A stretch of 64,000 bases of DNA from an uncultured Kiritimatiellota bacterium (lineage in GTDB: Bacteria; Verrucomicrobiota; Kiritimatiellia; RFP12; DVOR01), in NCBI GenBank assembly GCA_944391055.1, contig CALXSF010000005.1, positions 28,922-92,921 on the forward strand. The letters are read 5' to 3'. The notes beneath the pieces are model-generated. The model was not told where the DNA came from and ran no database searches. It was given only the letters and a program-made list of their open reading frames with translations. This document shows, piece after piece, positions 1 to 8,747 of this stretch; position 1 is the stretch's first letter; every line of letters starts with the position of its first letter. The translations under genes were made by a program, and so were the position numbers.

Positions 1-126
1 TGGTGGGAGCGCATTGAGAACCTCTCCGAGAGCGTCGTCACCCGCGAGGGCATCCTGCGCGACCGCTCGATGACCCCCTTCGTGATGGCCGGCGACCAAT
101 ACTATGACCAGGTGAAGGCCAAGTAA
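1..126 (+). CDS. 3' end of an upstream gene (partial, product unknown); ends ...VMAGDQYYDQVKAK*
   Basis: Open frame from window start to TAA at 124-126. Directly precedes the pilM-like gene, so it may belong to the same pilus/secretion operon. No recognizable motif in the 41 aa visible. Confidence 0.35.
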   Translation, partial: WWERIENLSESVVTREGILRDRSMTPFVMAGDQYYDQVKAK

Positions 127-150
127 CCGCCCCAAGGCAAGAGACGCGCT

Positions 151-1836
151 ATGGAACGGATTCTGACACTCAATATTGGCGCCACGCGCCTGGCGCTGGC
201 CGAGTTCGAGGTGCGCCCTGGCCAAAGCCCAAGCCTCACGCGCCACACCTTCGGCGAGCTGCCCGATGGGGCCGCCGAGGCGCCCGAGACCTTCGGCGTC
301 GAGCTTGAGCAGGCCCTGCGCGGCATGATGGCCGCCTCCGGCATCCGCCCCGGGCGGATCCATGTGGCGCTCTCCGGGCAGATGGCCTTCCCGCGCTTCG
401 TCAAGGTCCTCGCCGAGGGCGAGGAGAAGATGCGCGAGCAGATCCGTTTCGAGGTCGAGCAGAACGTCCCCTTCCCGCTCTCCGAGGCCATTTGGGACGA
501 CGCCCTCGTCGGGGCGCCCAACGCCGGCGAGCAGCACGTCATGATCGTGGCCGCGCGCTCCGACCTCGTCGGCGCCATCGCCAAGGGGTTGCTCAACGCC
601 GGCTGCGAGCCCGAGCTCGTCGACGTGGCGCCCGTCGCCCTCTACAACGCCGTCCGCTTCAACTACCCCGAGGCCGAGGGCTGCACGCTGGTCGTCGACA
701 TCGGCGCGCGCTGCACCAACCTCGTCTTCGTCGAGCAGGATCGCATCTTCTACCGCACCATCCCCGTCGCCGGCAACACCATCACCGCCGAGGTCGCCAA
801 GACCTTCGGGCTCTCCCACGAGGAGGCCGAGCGCTTCAAGTGCGAGCAGGGCCTCGTGGCGCAGGGCGGCGCCTTCGCCGTCGACGACCCCGACGTGGAC
901 CGCCTCTCCAAGGTCATCCGCAACGTGATGACGCGCCTCAACGCCGAGGTCACCCGCTCCATCGCCTTCTACCGCAGCCAGCAGGAAGGCTCCGCGCCCA
1001 CGCGCGTCCTCCTCTCCGGCGCCTCCGCGCAGCTGCCCTACATGCAGAACTTCTTCGAGGAGAAGCTGCAGGTGGCGGCCGACTTCCTCAACCCCTTCCA
1101 GACGGTGTCGTACCCCTCGGACATCGACGCCGACCAGTTCGGGCGCGACGCCTTCTCCCTGCCCGTGCTCGTGGGGCTGGCGCTGCGCCGCGGCCTGACC
1201 TGCCCCGTGGAGATCAACCTGGTCTCCCAGGACATCACCGCCCGGAAGGAGTTCCGCCGCCGCCTCCCCTTCTTCGCCATCGCCGCCGCCGGGCTCGTCT
1301 TCATCATGGGCATCTGGCTGGTCTACGTCGGACGCATGGGCGCGCTCTATGAGCAGCAGGCCCAAAAGATCCAGGAGCGCATCACGGCCTACGAACAGCT
1401 GAAATCCGACTTCGACAAGGCCGACAAGGCCGCCGTCGCCGCCGAGGCCCGGGCCGCCGCCTACCGTGGGCTGCTCGAGGGCCGCCAGACGTGGATGCGC
1501 ATGCTCGTGGCCGTCAACAAGGCCATCCCGGACGGCCTCTGGGTCACCAGCCTCTCCGCGCGACGCTCGGGGACGGCGCTCCAAGGGCTCAACCTGTCGG
1601 TCTCCGTCTGGAAAGACCTCGAGGGCCGCCTCTCCGCCTCCGGCAAGACCATCGACGAGACGGTCGCCGCCAAGCTCACCCAGCAGGATGTCTTCGCCGC
1701 CGACGTCAAGGACATCCCCATCAGCAAGAAGACGCAGCTGCCGTGGATGACCTCGTTTGACATCACCGCCAACCTCCGGGCCGCCCAGACGCCGAAGGAG
1801 GCCAAAGGCAGCGCCGCCCGCCGCAGCAGGAGGTAA
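151..1836 (+). CDS. pilM: Type IV pilus assembly protein PilM fused to a PilN-like domain (actin-like ATPase domain + TM helix + coiled coil)
   Basis: 561-aa ORF. The N-terminus (ILTLNIGATRLALAEFEV...) resembles the PilM/FtsA actin-like fold. One TM helix (LPFFAIAAAGLVFIMGIWLVYVG) is followed by a coiled-coil periplasmic region typical of PilN. Sits in a cluster with a PilO-like gene and a secretin. Confidence 0.7.
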   Translation: MERILTLNIGATRLALAEFEVRPGQSPSLTRHTFGELPDGAAEAPETFGVELEQALRGMMAASGIRPGRIHVALSGQMAFPRFVKVLAEGEEKMREQIRFEVEQNVPFPLSEAIWDDALVGAPNAGEQHVMIVAARSDLVGAIAKGLLNAGCEPELVDVAPVALYNAVRFNYPEAEGCTLVVDIGARCTNLVFVEQDRIFYRTIPVAGNTITAEVAKTFGLSHEEAERFKCEQGLVAQGGAFAVDDPDVDRLSKVIRNVMTRLNAEVTRSIAFYRSQQEGSAPTRVLLSGASAQLPYMQNFFEEKLQVAADFLNPFQTVSYPSDIDADQFGRDAFSLPVLVGLALRRGLTCPVEINLVSQDITARKEFRRRLPFFAIAAAGLVFIMGIWLVYVGRMGALYEQQAQKIQERITAYEQLKSDFDKADKAAVAAEARAAAYRGLLEGRQTWMRMLVAVNKAIPDGLWVTSLSARRSGTALQGLNLSVSVWKDLEGRLSASGKTIDETVAAKLTQQDVFAADVKDIPISKKTQLPWMTSFDITANLRAAQTPKEAKGSAARRSRR

Positions 1837-1843
1837 CAGCAAG

Positions 1844-2908
1844 ATGGACCCCAAGCAAAAACTGATCGCCATCGCCGTCGGCTCCGTCTGCGGCCTCATC
1901 ATCCTGGCGCTGGCCGTGCTCCTCGTCCTCCAGATCGGGCACATGAACGAGGCGCGCGCGGCCCGCGACAACGCCGAGGCGACCATCAACAACTATTACG
2001 CCGCCAAGCCCTATCCCTCCGAAGACAACCGCGCCGTCCGCAAGCAGGACGAGACGGCCCGCGCCGGGTGGGCCGACAAGGCGCGGGCCGTGCTCACGCA
2101 TGGCCTCCAGGTGCCGCAGGGCGAGTCGCCCTCCCAGTTCGTCCAACGGATCGGCGACGCCGTCCGCGGCCTGAACGCCCGCCAAGAGACCGCCGTCGCC
2201 GCCGCCGGGCAGCAGCAGGTCATGGATTATTCCTTCGGCCGCTACGTCGTCCAAGGCGCCATCCCCAAGGACGCGGACGTCCCCCGCCTCGCCCAGCAGT
2301 TCGCCGTCGTTGAGCACGTCTGCGACCTGCTCTTGGACAATGGCGCGCGCGCCATCACCGCCGTCACCCGCGAGGAGTTCGACGCCGCCGCGGCCAAGCC
2401 CGAGGAGGAGGAGCCCCGCACGCGCCGCCGTCGCCGCCGCGCCGAGGAGGAGGAGCCCGCCGCCGCCGTGGGCGCCGCCATCGACCCCATCCTCGCCAAG
2501 GACGGCGTCCGGCGCGAATCCTACACCATCGCCTTCTCCGCGCCCTACGTCGCCATCGCAAAGACGCTCAACGCCCTTGCCGTCGACGACCTTTTCGTGG
2601 TGGTGACCGACCTGTCCGTGGACGCGACCTCCTCCGTCGCCGCCAGCGTCGACGAGTTGATCAAGAAGCGTCAGTCCGCCAAGAGCAACGCCGCCCGGCG
2701 CGCCGCCTCCTCCCGCGCCGCGGCGCAGAAACAGGCGGCCGCGCCCGCCTCGGAGACCTCGCTCTTCGAGGGCGCCTCCCCCGCCGAGCGCCTTGTCACG
2801 GATCCCGCGCACGCCGCGCCGCTGCGGGCCGTCCTGAGCTTTGACGTCTACTCCGCCGCGCCCGCTCAGGCCCCCGCCGCCCCGGCCGAAACGAAGAAAG
2901 GGAACTAA
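1844..2908 (+). CDS. PilO-like inner-membrane pilus/secretion assembly protein (single N-terminal TM helix, periplasmic domain, low-complexity tail)
   Basis: In-frame ATG at 1844 lies 8 nt after the pilMN stop, with an AGGAGG RBS at about 1829-1834. The N-terminal TM helix (IAIAVGSVCGLIILALAVLLVL) and its position between pilMN and the secretin fit PilO. The ORF-track start at 1757 overlaps pilMN and is unlikely. Confidence 0.5.
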   Translation: MDPKQKLIAIAVGSVCGLIILALAVLLVLQIGHMNEARAARDNAEATINNYYAAKPYPSEDNRAVRKQDETARAGWADKARAVLTHGLQVPQGESPSQFVQRIGDAVRGLNARQETAVAAAGQQQVMDYSFGRYVVQGAIPKDADVPRLAQQFAVVEHVCDLLLDNGARAITAVTREEFDAAAAKPEEEEPRTRRRRRRAEEEEPAAAVGAAIDPILAKDGVRRESYTIAFSAPYVAIAKTLNALAVDDLFVVVTDLSVDATSSVAASVDELIKKRQSAKSNAARRAASSRAAAQKQAAAPASETSLFEGASPAERLVTDPAHAAPLRAVLSFDVYSAAPAQAPAAPAETKKGN

Positions 2909-2911
2909 GCC

Positions 2912-4036
2912 ATGGCGAAAGACCTTCCTCCCATTCTGCGCCAATACGACCGCCTCACGGCCGTCGCCGTCCTCGCCATCCTGCTTGTCTCCCTCCTTTA
3001 CCTCATCCTCGCCGGCCTGCAGGAGCAGAAGCGGGTCGAGCGGTATGACGACGAGTTGAATCTGCGGATTCCCTCCGGCTCCCAGATCGCGGCCGCCAAA
3101 CTCGATCAGGACGAGGCGCTGCTCGCCGGGGTCGTCACGCCCGCCAAGACCGCGCTCCTCACCGTCCGCTCCGATGCCGAGGCCCCCAACCTCTTCACGC
3201 CCGCGCGGCGCCTCCTGTGCGTCAAATGCGTCCAGCCGATCCCGTGGCAGGCCGAGCGCTGCCCCTTCTGCAAGACCGAGCAACCCAAGGAGAAGACCAT
3301 CGACCTCTCCACGGTCGACACCGACGGCGACACCATGCCCGACCAGTGGGAGATCGCGCACAAACTGAACCCGCAGGACGCCAACGACGCTGACCTTGAC
3401 GCCGACGGCGACGGCTTCACCAACGTCGAGGAGTTCCAGGCCAAGACCGACCCCAACGACCCCAAGAGCCACCCCGGCTACGAGACCCGCATGACGCTCC
3501 AAGGCATCTCCGGCGAGAAGGTGCCCCTGCGCGCCGTCGGCAAGATGGAGCTGCCCTCCGTCCGCGACGCCGCCGGCAACCCCGTGCGCCAGTTCGAGAT
3601 CACGTTCGTCTCCGTCTCGCAGGACGGCAAGGAAGGCACCACCAGCCTGCGCACGAAGAACGGCGGCGAGATCGGCAAGTCCGGCTTCCGCTTCGTGCGC
3701 TACAACGAGCAGCCGACCAAGCGCATCGAGATCGGCCAGCACAAGCAGGTGCGCTTCATCAACGTCTCCACCATCGACATCGAGCGCATCTCGGACGGCA
3801 AGAAGATCCAACTCACCTTCAAGGATGAGAACAACCCCGCGTGGCCCGGCGACCCCCTGCTGGAGCAGAAGGCGGAGATTGCCATCGACCTGCCGGGCGT
3901 CGAGCCTGTCACCGTCGCCCCGGGCTCCACGTTCACCGTCAAGGGCGAGACCTACACCGTCCGCGGCGTCGACGCCGAGCAGAAATGCGTGCGCATCGAG
4001 AAAAATGCGGAGAAGAAGGTTTTTGAGTTGAAATAA
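2912..4036 (+). CDS. Membrane-anchored protein with a C4 zinc-ribbon and thrombospondin-type-3-like Ca-binding repeats, then a beta-rich C-terminal domain; candidate PilP-like secretin partner
   Basis: N-terminal TM helix (AVAVLAILLVSLLYLILAGL). CVKC...CPFC is a zinc-ribbon. DTDGDTMPDQWE and DADGDGFTNVEEF are TSP3/calcium-binding Asp-rich repeats. The gene sits immediately upstream of the secretin and is translationally coupled (3-nt gap after the previous gene). Confidence 0.5.
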   Translation: MAKDLPPILRQYDRLTAVAVLAILLVSLLYLILAGLQEQKRVERYDDELNLRIPSGSQIAAAKLDQDEALLAGVVTPAKTALLTVRSDAEAPNLFTPARRLLCVKCVQPIPWQAERCPFCKTEQPKEKTIDLSTVDTDGDTMPDQWEIAHKLNPQDANDADLDADGDGFTNVEEFQAKTDPNDPKSHPGYETRMTLQGISGEKVPLRAVGKMELPSVRDAAGNPVRQFEITFVSVSQDGKEGTTSLRTKNGGEIGKSGFRFVRYNEQPTKRIEIGQHKQVRFINVSTIDIERISDGKKIQLTFKDENNPAWPGDPLLEQKAEIAIDLPGVEPVTVAPGSTFTVKGETYTVRGVDAEQKCVRIEKNAEKKVFELK

Positions 4037-4092
4037 TCCACCCGTTGGGCTATACTCTCTTCACGATTTGGATACGGGCGAGACCCAAACTA

Positions 4093-7000
4093 ATGCGGAG
4101 AAAACGTGCTATGACACACTTTGTGCGCTTTGCCATGGTCGGCGTGATTGTCGCCGGGGCGTCTTGTTGCGCCCTCGCGCAACAGCAGGACGACGACCTC
4201 GACTCCCTCTTGGAGGGGTTGATCGAAGAGCCTGCCGCGCAGCCGGAAAAGCCGGCCGACAAAGAACCGGCCGCCGAGCCTGACAAACCCGCCGAACAAG
4301 TGGCCGACGAACCCGCCGGGAACCCCGCCGTCAAGCCGGCAGGGCAAGAGGCCGAGGTGGCCGTCGGGAACCCCGCCGTCAAGCCGGCGGGCCAAGAGGC
4401 CGACGCGCCCGCCGGGAATCCCGCCGTCAAGCCGGCGGGGCAGGAAGCCGTCGCGCCCGCCGTGGCCAAGGAGGAGCCCGCCGCCAAGGAGGAGCCCTCT
4501 GCGGACAAGGAAGAGCCCGCGGAGGAACCCGCCGAGGAGCCTGCGGTCGCCGAGGAGCCTGCCAAGGAACCCCAGGCTGAGCCGGCCGCCGAGCCCGCGG
4601 CCAAAGAGGACGGTCTTTTGGCCGATTTGGACGGCGACACCGCCGCTTTGGACGCGCTGACGGATGAGGATCGCGCCCTGAACGAGTTGGAAATGCTCAT
4701 CCGCCTCAAGAACCAGGGGCTGGACGTCCAAGCCACCGCCTGCCTCCGCAAGGCGCGTCAGCTGATGACCAAGGCTCCCGCCCCCGGGAAAGCCTTTGAG
4801 CAATATCAGGCGGCCATCAAGATGTACATGGACGCGAAGAAATATTTCCGCGAACATGAGGCCAACCTGCCGCTCAAGGCGGAGTGCGACGCCGGCATCC
4901 GCGAAGCCCGTTACCGTCAGGCGCTGACCCTCTTCCAGGACGACGAGTATGCCGAGGCGCTCGATCTCGCCCAGCAGGTGTTGCGCGAAGGCCATCCCCA
5001 GGCGGCGGCCTTGGTCGCCCAGATCCAGGAAGAGATGAATCGTCCGCCGGAGATCCGGCCCACGCCCGTCCTGCCCGAATACGCGCAGGAGGACTACCAG
5101 GCCTCCCGGCTGGCGGTCATGGAGCGCATCAAGCGGGCCACCGTCTATTACCACCTCGCCAAATACAAGGAGGCCAACGATCAGTTGGAGCTCGTGCTCC
5201 GCGACGATCCCAACAACGAGGCCGCCATCAGCCTCCGCGCCCGCATCAACCAGCGCAAGGATTCCCGGGATCGTCAGCTTCAGGCGTCCACCCATGACGC
5301 GATGATCGATGAGGTCTCCCTCAACTGGACCCCGCTCGGCGCCCTTGGCCGCGACTCCGAGGAGCTCTACGCGCCGACCGTCACCTCCGGGGCCAAGGCG
5401 CCCGTCGATGACGCGGGCCAGAAGGAGGCCCAGGCGGTCCTCGCCAAGCTCCAGTACATCCGCCTCCCCGAGTTCTCCATCCGTCCGCCGAGCACGCTCG
5501 CCGATGCGGTTCAGATGTTCGCCGAGATGTCTCGCGCCTATGACAAGCCCGAGCTCCCCCCCGAGGAAAAGGGCGTCTCCTTCGTGTTGAACATGGGCAC
5601 CAACAAGGCCGCCTCCGCCGAGGCGTCGGCCGAGGCCGACCCCTTCGCCACCGACAACACCGCCTCCTCCGGTGGGCTGCCGCCCATCCAGAACATCAAC
5701 CTGACCTACGTCACGCTCAAGGACGCGCTCGACATGGTCTGCGAGGTCACGGGCTCCAAATACATCATCCGCGGCAAGACCGTCGTCATCGTCCCCAATT
5801 CCTATGTCGAGGGCGAGATGGAGACGCGCACGTACAACGTCATGAGCGGGTTGCTCGAGAAGATCAGCGGCGTGCAGTCCGACCTTCAGGCGTCCTCGTC
5901 CTCCTCCGGGTTCGGTGACGGCAGCGACGACTGGGGGAGCATCGGCTCCGCCTCGCTCGAATCGCCCAGCGCCGGCACCACGCCCGAGATGCTCAAGAGT
6001 TTCTTCCAGGAATTGGGCGTGAACTTCGATGGCAATGCCCGAATCGCTTACCTCTCCTCCATCGGCAAGCTCCGCGTCACCAACACCCCCGAGAACCTCG
6101 CCCTGCTGGAGAGCCTGCTCGAGGAGCTCAACGTCACGCCCTATCAGATTGAGGTCGAGGCGCGCTTCGTCGAGGTCAGCCAAGAGGATCTCAACTCCCT
6201 CGGTTTCGAGTGGCAGCTGAACAGCGACATCGTGGGGACCGTCGGTTCCGGCATTGACTGGTCGTCCTCCCACATCCTGGGCAACCCGCAGGGCGGCAAC
6301 TCCGCCGGCGGCATCGGCGCGGGCGGTTACCATGTCTTCCGCAACACCTCTCTGGGCGGCACGGGCGACGCCAACGTCGCCATGCACGGCGGCTCCTTCA
6401 ACAATGGCATGCGCTTCCTTGGCGATGAGACCACCTATGCCAACCGCATCAACCTGAGCGACGCCACCCTCGCGCCCAACGACGAGTTCGCCTCCTTCTC
6501 CGCCGTCTTCGGCAAGATGGATATCACCATGATCCTCCACATGCTGGCCCAGCGCACCGACACGGACATGCTCTCCAGCCCGAAGGTGCTTGCCCGCCCC
6601 GGCCAGGAGGCCATGATCCGCGTCGTCACCGAATGGATTTATCCCACGGAGTTCGACGTCCAGGAACTCGAAGAGGCCGACAACAATTACGACGGCGACA
6701 ACTCCGTCATCGGCGGCGGCGGTGTGCAGGTTCAGGCCCCGCCCGTCAAGTTCGCCGTCGAGCCGCAGTCCTTCGAGAAGCAGGATGTCGGCGTCTCCCT
6801 CCAGGTCATCCCCGAGGTCTCCCAAGAGGGGCAGATGATCAACCTGCTTGTCAATCCCAAGGTCGTGGAATACCTCGGCGACTTCGAGTATGGCATGCAG
6901 GTGCCCTACATCCAGTACGGTATGACCGGCGGCGTCGTCACCTCCGCCTCCGTGGAATACTATCAGGTCTCCATGCCTCAGCCGATGTTCCACTTCCGTG

Positions 7001-7302
7001 AGATCAGCACCTACCTCTCCGTCTACAACGGCTCCACCGTTGTCATGGGCGGCTTGATCACGGAGACGCGGAACTCCTTCGAGGACAAGATCCCGATTTT
7101 GGGCGACCTCCCCTTCATCGGCTTCCTCTTCCGCTCCACGGGTGAGTACAGCGAGAAGCGCAACCTCCTGATCTTCCTCACCGCGCGTCTGGTCGATCCC
7201 GCGGGCCGTCCCCTCAAGACCGCCACCGACGGCCGCATGGGTTCCGCCGCGATGAACAACCAGTCCCCCGCCGAGACGATGGCCTCCGCCGTCCAGCAGT
7301 GA
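4093..7302 (+). CDS. pilQ: Secretin (PilQ/GspD family) outer-membrane channel with a long N-terminal acidic/Pro-Ala-rich repeat extension
   Basis: C-terminal secretin domain (GGLITETRNSFEDKIPILGDLPFIGFLFRSTGEYSEKRNLLIFLTARLVDP). Signal peptide (MTHFVRFAMVGVIVAGASCCALAQQ). The start is chosen downstream of a TATACT -10 at 4051-4056; the ATG at 4111 is an alternative. About 1070 aa. Confidence 0.8.
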   Translation: MRRKRAMTHFVRFAMVGVIVAGASCCALAQQQDDDLDSLLEGLIEEPAAQPEKPADKEPAAEPDKPAEQVADEPAGNPAVKPAGQEAEVAVGNPAVKPAGQEADAPAGNPAVKPAGQEAVAPAVAKEEPAAKEEPSADKEEPAEEPAEEPAVAEEPAKEPQAEPAAEPAAKEDGLLADLDGDTAALDALTDEDRALNELEMLIRLKNQGLDVQATACLRKARQLMTKAPAPGKAFEQYQAAIKMYMDAKKYFREHEANLPLKAECDAGIREARYRQALTLFQDDEYAEALDLAQQVLREGHPQAAALVAQIQEEMNRPPEIRPTPVLPEYAQEDYQASRLAVMERIKRATVYYHLAKYKEANDQLELVLRDDPNNEAAISLRARINQRKDSRDRQLQASTHDAMIDEVSLNWTPLGALGRDSEELYAPTVTSGAKAPVDDAGQKEAQAVLAKLQYIRLPEFSIRPPSTLADAVQMFAEMSRAYDKPELPPEEKGVSFVLNMGTNKAASAEASAEADPFATDNTASSGGLPPIQNINLTYVTLKDALDMVCEVTGSKYIIRGKTVVIVPNSYVEGEMETRTYNVMSGLLEKISGVQSDLQASSSSSGFGDGSDDWGSIGSASLESPSAGTTPEMLKSFFQELGVNFDGNARIAYLSSIGKLRVTNTPENLALLESLLEELNVTPYQIEVEARFVEVSQEDLNSLGFEWQLNSDIVGTVGSGIDWSSSHILGNPQGGNSAGGIGAGGYHVFRNTSLGGTGDANVAMHGGSFNNGMRFLGDETTYANRINLSDATLAPNDEFASFSAVFGKMDITMILHMLAQRTDTDMLSSPKVLARPGQEAMIRVVTEWIYPTEFDVQELEEADNNYDGDNSVIGGGGVQVQAPPVKFAVEPQSFEKQDVGVSLQVIPEVSQEGQMINLLVNPKVVEYLGDFEYGMQVPYIQYGMTGGVVTSASVEYYQVSMPQPMFHFREISTYLSVYNGSTVVMGGLITETRNSFEDKIPILGDLPFIGFLFRSTGEYSEKRNLLIFLTARLVDPAGRPLKTATDGRMGSAAMNNQSPAETMASAVQQ
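4315..4458 (+). repeat. In-frame 48-bp tandem repeat x3 inside the secretin N-terminal extension (AGNPAVKPAGQEA + 3 variable residues)
   Basis: Three near-identical copies of gggaaccccgccgtcaagccggc(a/g)gg(g/c)caagaggcc are visible by eye. They encode G-N-P-A-V-K-P-A-G-Q-E-A three times. Confidence 0.6.
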
Positions 7303-7320
7303 CGCAGATGGCTTCGGGAA

Positions 7321-7352
7321 AGCGGCCTCCGCAAGGAGGCCGCTTTTTCTTT
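7321..7352 (+). terminator. Rho-independent terminator after the secretin gene
   Basis: gcggcctccgcaaggaggccgc stem-loop followed by a tttttctttt T-run, 19 nt after the stop. Confidence 0.6.
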
Positions 7353-7794
7353 TGTCCCCGTTCTTATTCCCGTCAAGCCGCTCTTCCATCCCCGCCGTCT
7401 GCGTGGCCGGGTCGGTCTTGTGGAACGTTTGGAGGGCGTGTGCGTGGCGCGGCGGCCTGGGAGCCTGTTGCCTGCGTGGCGTCTGCCATGGCCTACTTCC
7501 CTTTATGTTCGCGTTTCTTTTTCCGTTGCTTCTGCTGTGCGTGTTCCTGCTTGCCGGGAGCCGTGCATTGAACGGTTTCTTGACGCGCGCGACAGGGTGC
7601 GTGCGCGCCACGCGCGGCAGGGCATCGTCATCAGGGAAAACAAAGACGGGACGACGACGGCCACGATGTTTTCCTCCGATAGCCTTCCCAATGCCTCCGT
7701 GTCTCGCCGTCCAACGGGTGGGAGACCTTCTGGGCGGCCTTCGTAAAATCGCGGTGCGGCACGCGCGGGGCGCGAGGCTTACGCCCCGATGGCG

Positions 7795-7815
7795 GCGTGT
7801 GGTACAATGAAAGCA
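7795..7815 (+). promoter_or_regulatory. Extended -10 promoter (TGtGGTACAAT) directly abutting the pdxA start codon; possible leaderless transcript
   Basis: gtgtggtacaatgaaagcATG. The -10 TACAAT at 7803-7808 is preceded by TGnG. Only 6-7 nt separate the -10 from the ATG at 7815. Confidence 0.4.
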
Positions 7816-8747
7816 TGAAACCTTTGGCTATCACGGGGGGGGACTGCGCGGGGATCGGGCCGGAGATCGCGGCCCGGGCGATGGCGGCGTTCCCGGACGA
7901 GCGGTTCGTGGTGTACACGGATCGGGCGCTGTTCGCGCGGGCGTGCGCGGCGGCGGGGGTGCCGCTGCCGCGCAACGCGGAGTGGCGCGAGGTGCCGGCG
8001 GTGGGCGACGCGGCGGCGGTCGTGCCGGGGCGGGAGCAGGCCCTGACGGGGCGCCTGGCGCATGATTGCGTGGCGGCGGCGGGGCGGGACGCCCTGGCGG
8101 GGCGGGTGCGGGGATTGGTGACGGCGCCGTTCAGCAAGGCGGCGCTGCGCTTGGCGGGCTTCGACGTGCCGGGGCACACGGAGCTGCTGGCGCGGCTCTG
8201 CGGGCGGGAGGAGGCCACGATGGCGTTCTTCGCGCCGGGGCTGGTGGTGGGGCTGGTGACGATCCATTGCGCGCTGCGGGAGGTGCCGGCGCTGGTCACG
8301 CCCGAGCGGCTCCTGCGCGCGCTGGGCGATCTGGCGGGGGCGCTGCGGCGGGCGTTGGGGCGGCGGCCGCGCATCGGGGTGCTGGCGCTGAACCCGCACG
8401 CGGGGGAGGGCGGGGCCTTCGGCGACGAGGAGGCGCGGGTCATCGCGCCGACCCTGCGCCGGGCGGCGGACTTGGCGGAGTTGGAGGGGCCGCTGGTGCC
8501 GGACACGGCCTTCGCCCCGGCGGCGCACCCGGAGCGCTTCGACGCCTTTTTGGCGATGTACCACGACCAGGGGCTGATTCCCTTCAAGCGGGCGGCCTTC
8601 GAGGAGGGCGTCAACGTCACCCTCGGGCTGCCGTTTGTGCGGACGAGCCCCGACCATGGCACGGCCTTCGCGCTGGCGTGGCAGGGGCGGGCCTCGGCGC
8701 GGAGCATGGAGGCGGCCATCCGCCGGGCGCGGGAGCTGACGCGATGA
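7815..8747 (+). CDS. pdxA: 4-hydroxythreonine-4-phosphate dehydrogenase PdxA
   Basis: N-terminal ITGGDCAGIGPEI and NPHAGEGG motifs are typical of the PdxA family. About 310 aa. The start is taken at MKPLAITGGD (second in-frame ATG) because the promoter sits immediately upstream. Confidence 0.8.
   Translation: MKPLAITGGDCAGIGPEIAARAMAAFPDERFVVYTDRALFARACAAAGVPLPRNAEWREVPAVGDAAAVVPGREQALTGRLAHDCVAAAGRDALAGRVRGLVTAPFSKAALRLAGFDVPGHTELLARLCGREEATMAFFAPGLVVGLVTIHCALREVPALVTPERLLRALGDLAGALRRALGRRPRIGVLALNPHAGEGGAFGDEEARVIAPTLRRAADLAELEGPLVPDTAFAPAAHPERFDAFLAMYHDQGLIPFKRAAFEEGVNVTLGLPFVRTSPDHGTAFALAWQGRASARSMEAAIRRARELTR

Noticed and set aside
7352-7810. 152-aa hydrophobic ORF in the secretin-pdxA spacer as a small membrane protein gene
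   Set aside because: No RBS and atypical composition for this genome. It overlaps the pdxA promoter and start. Kept only as a low-interest finding for the unexplained spacer.
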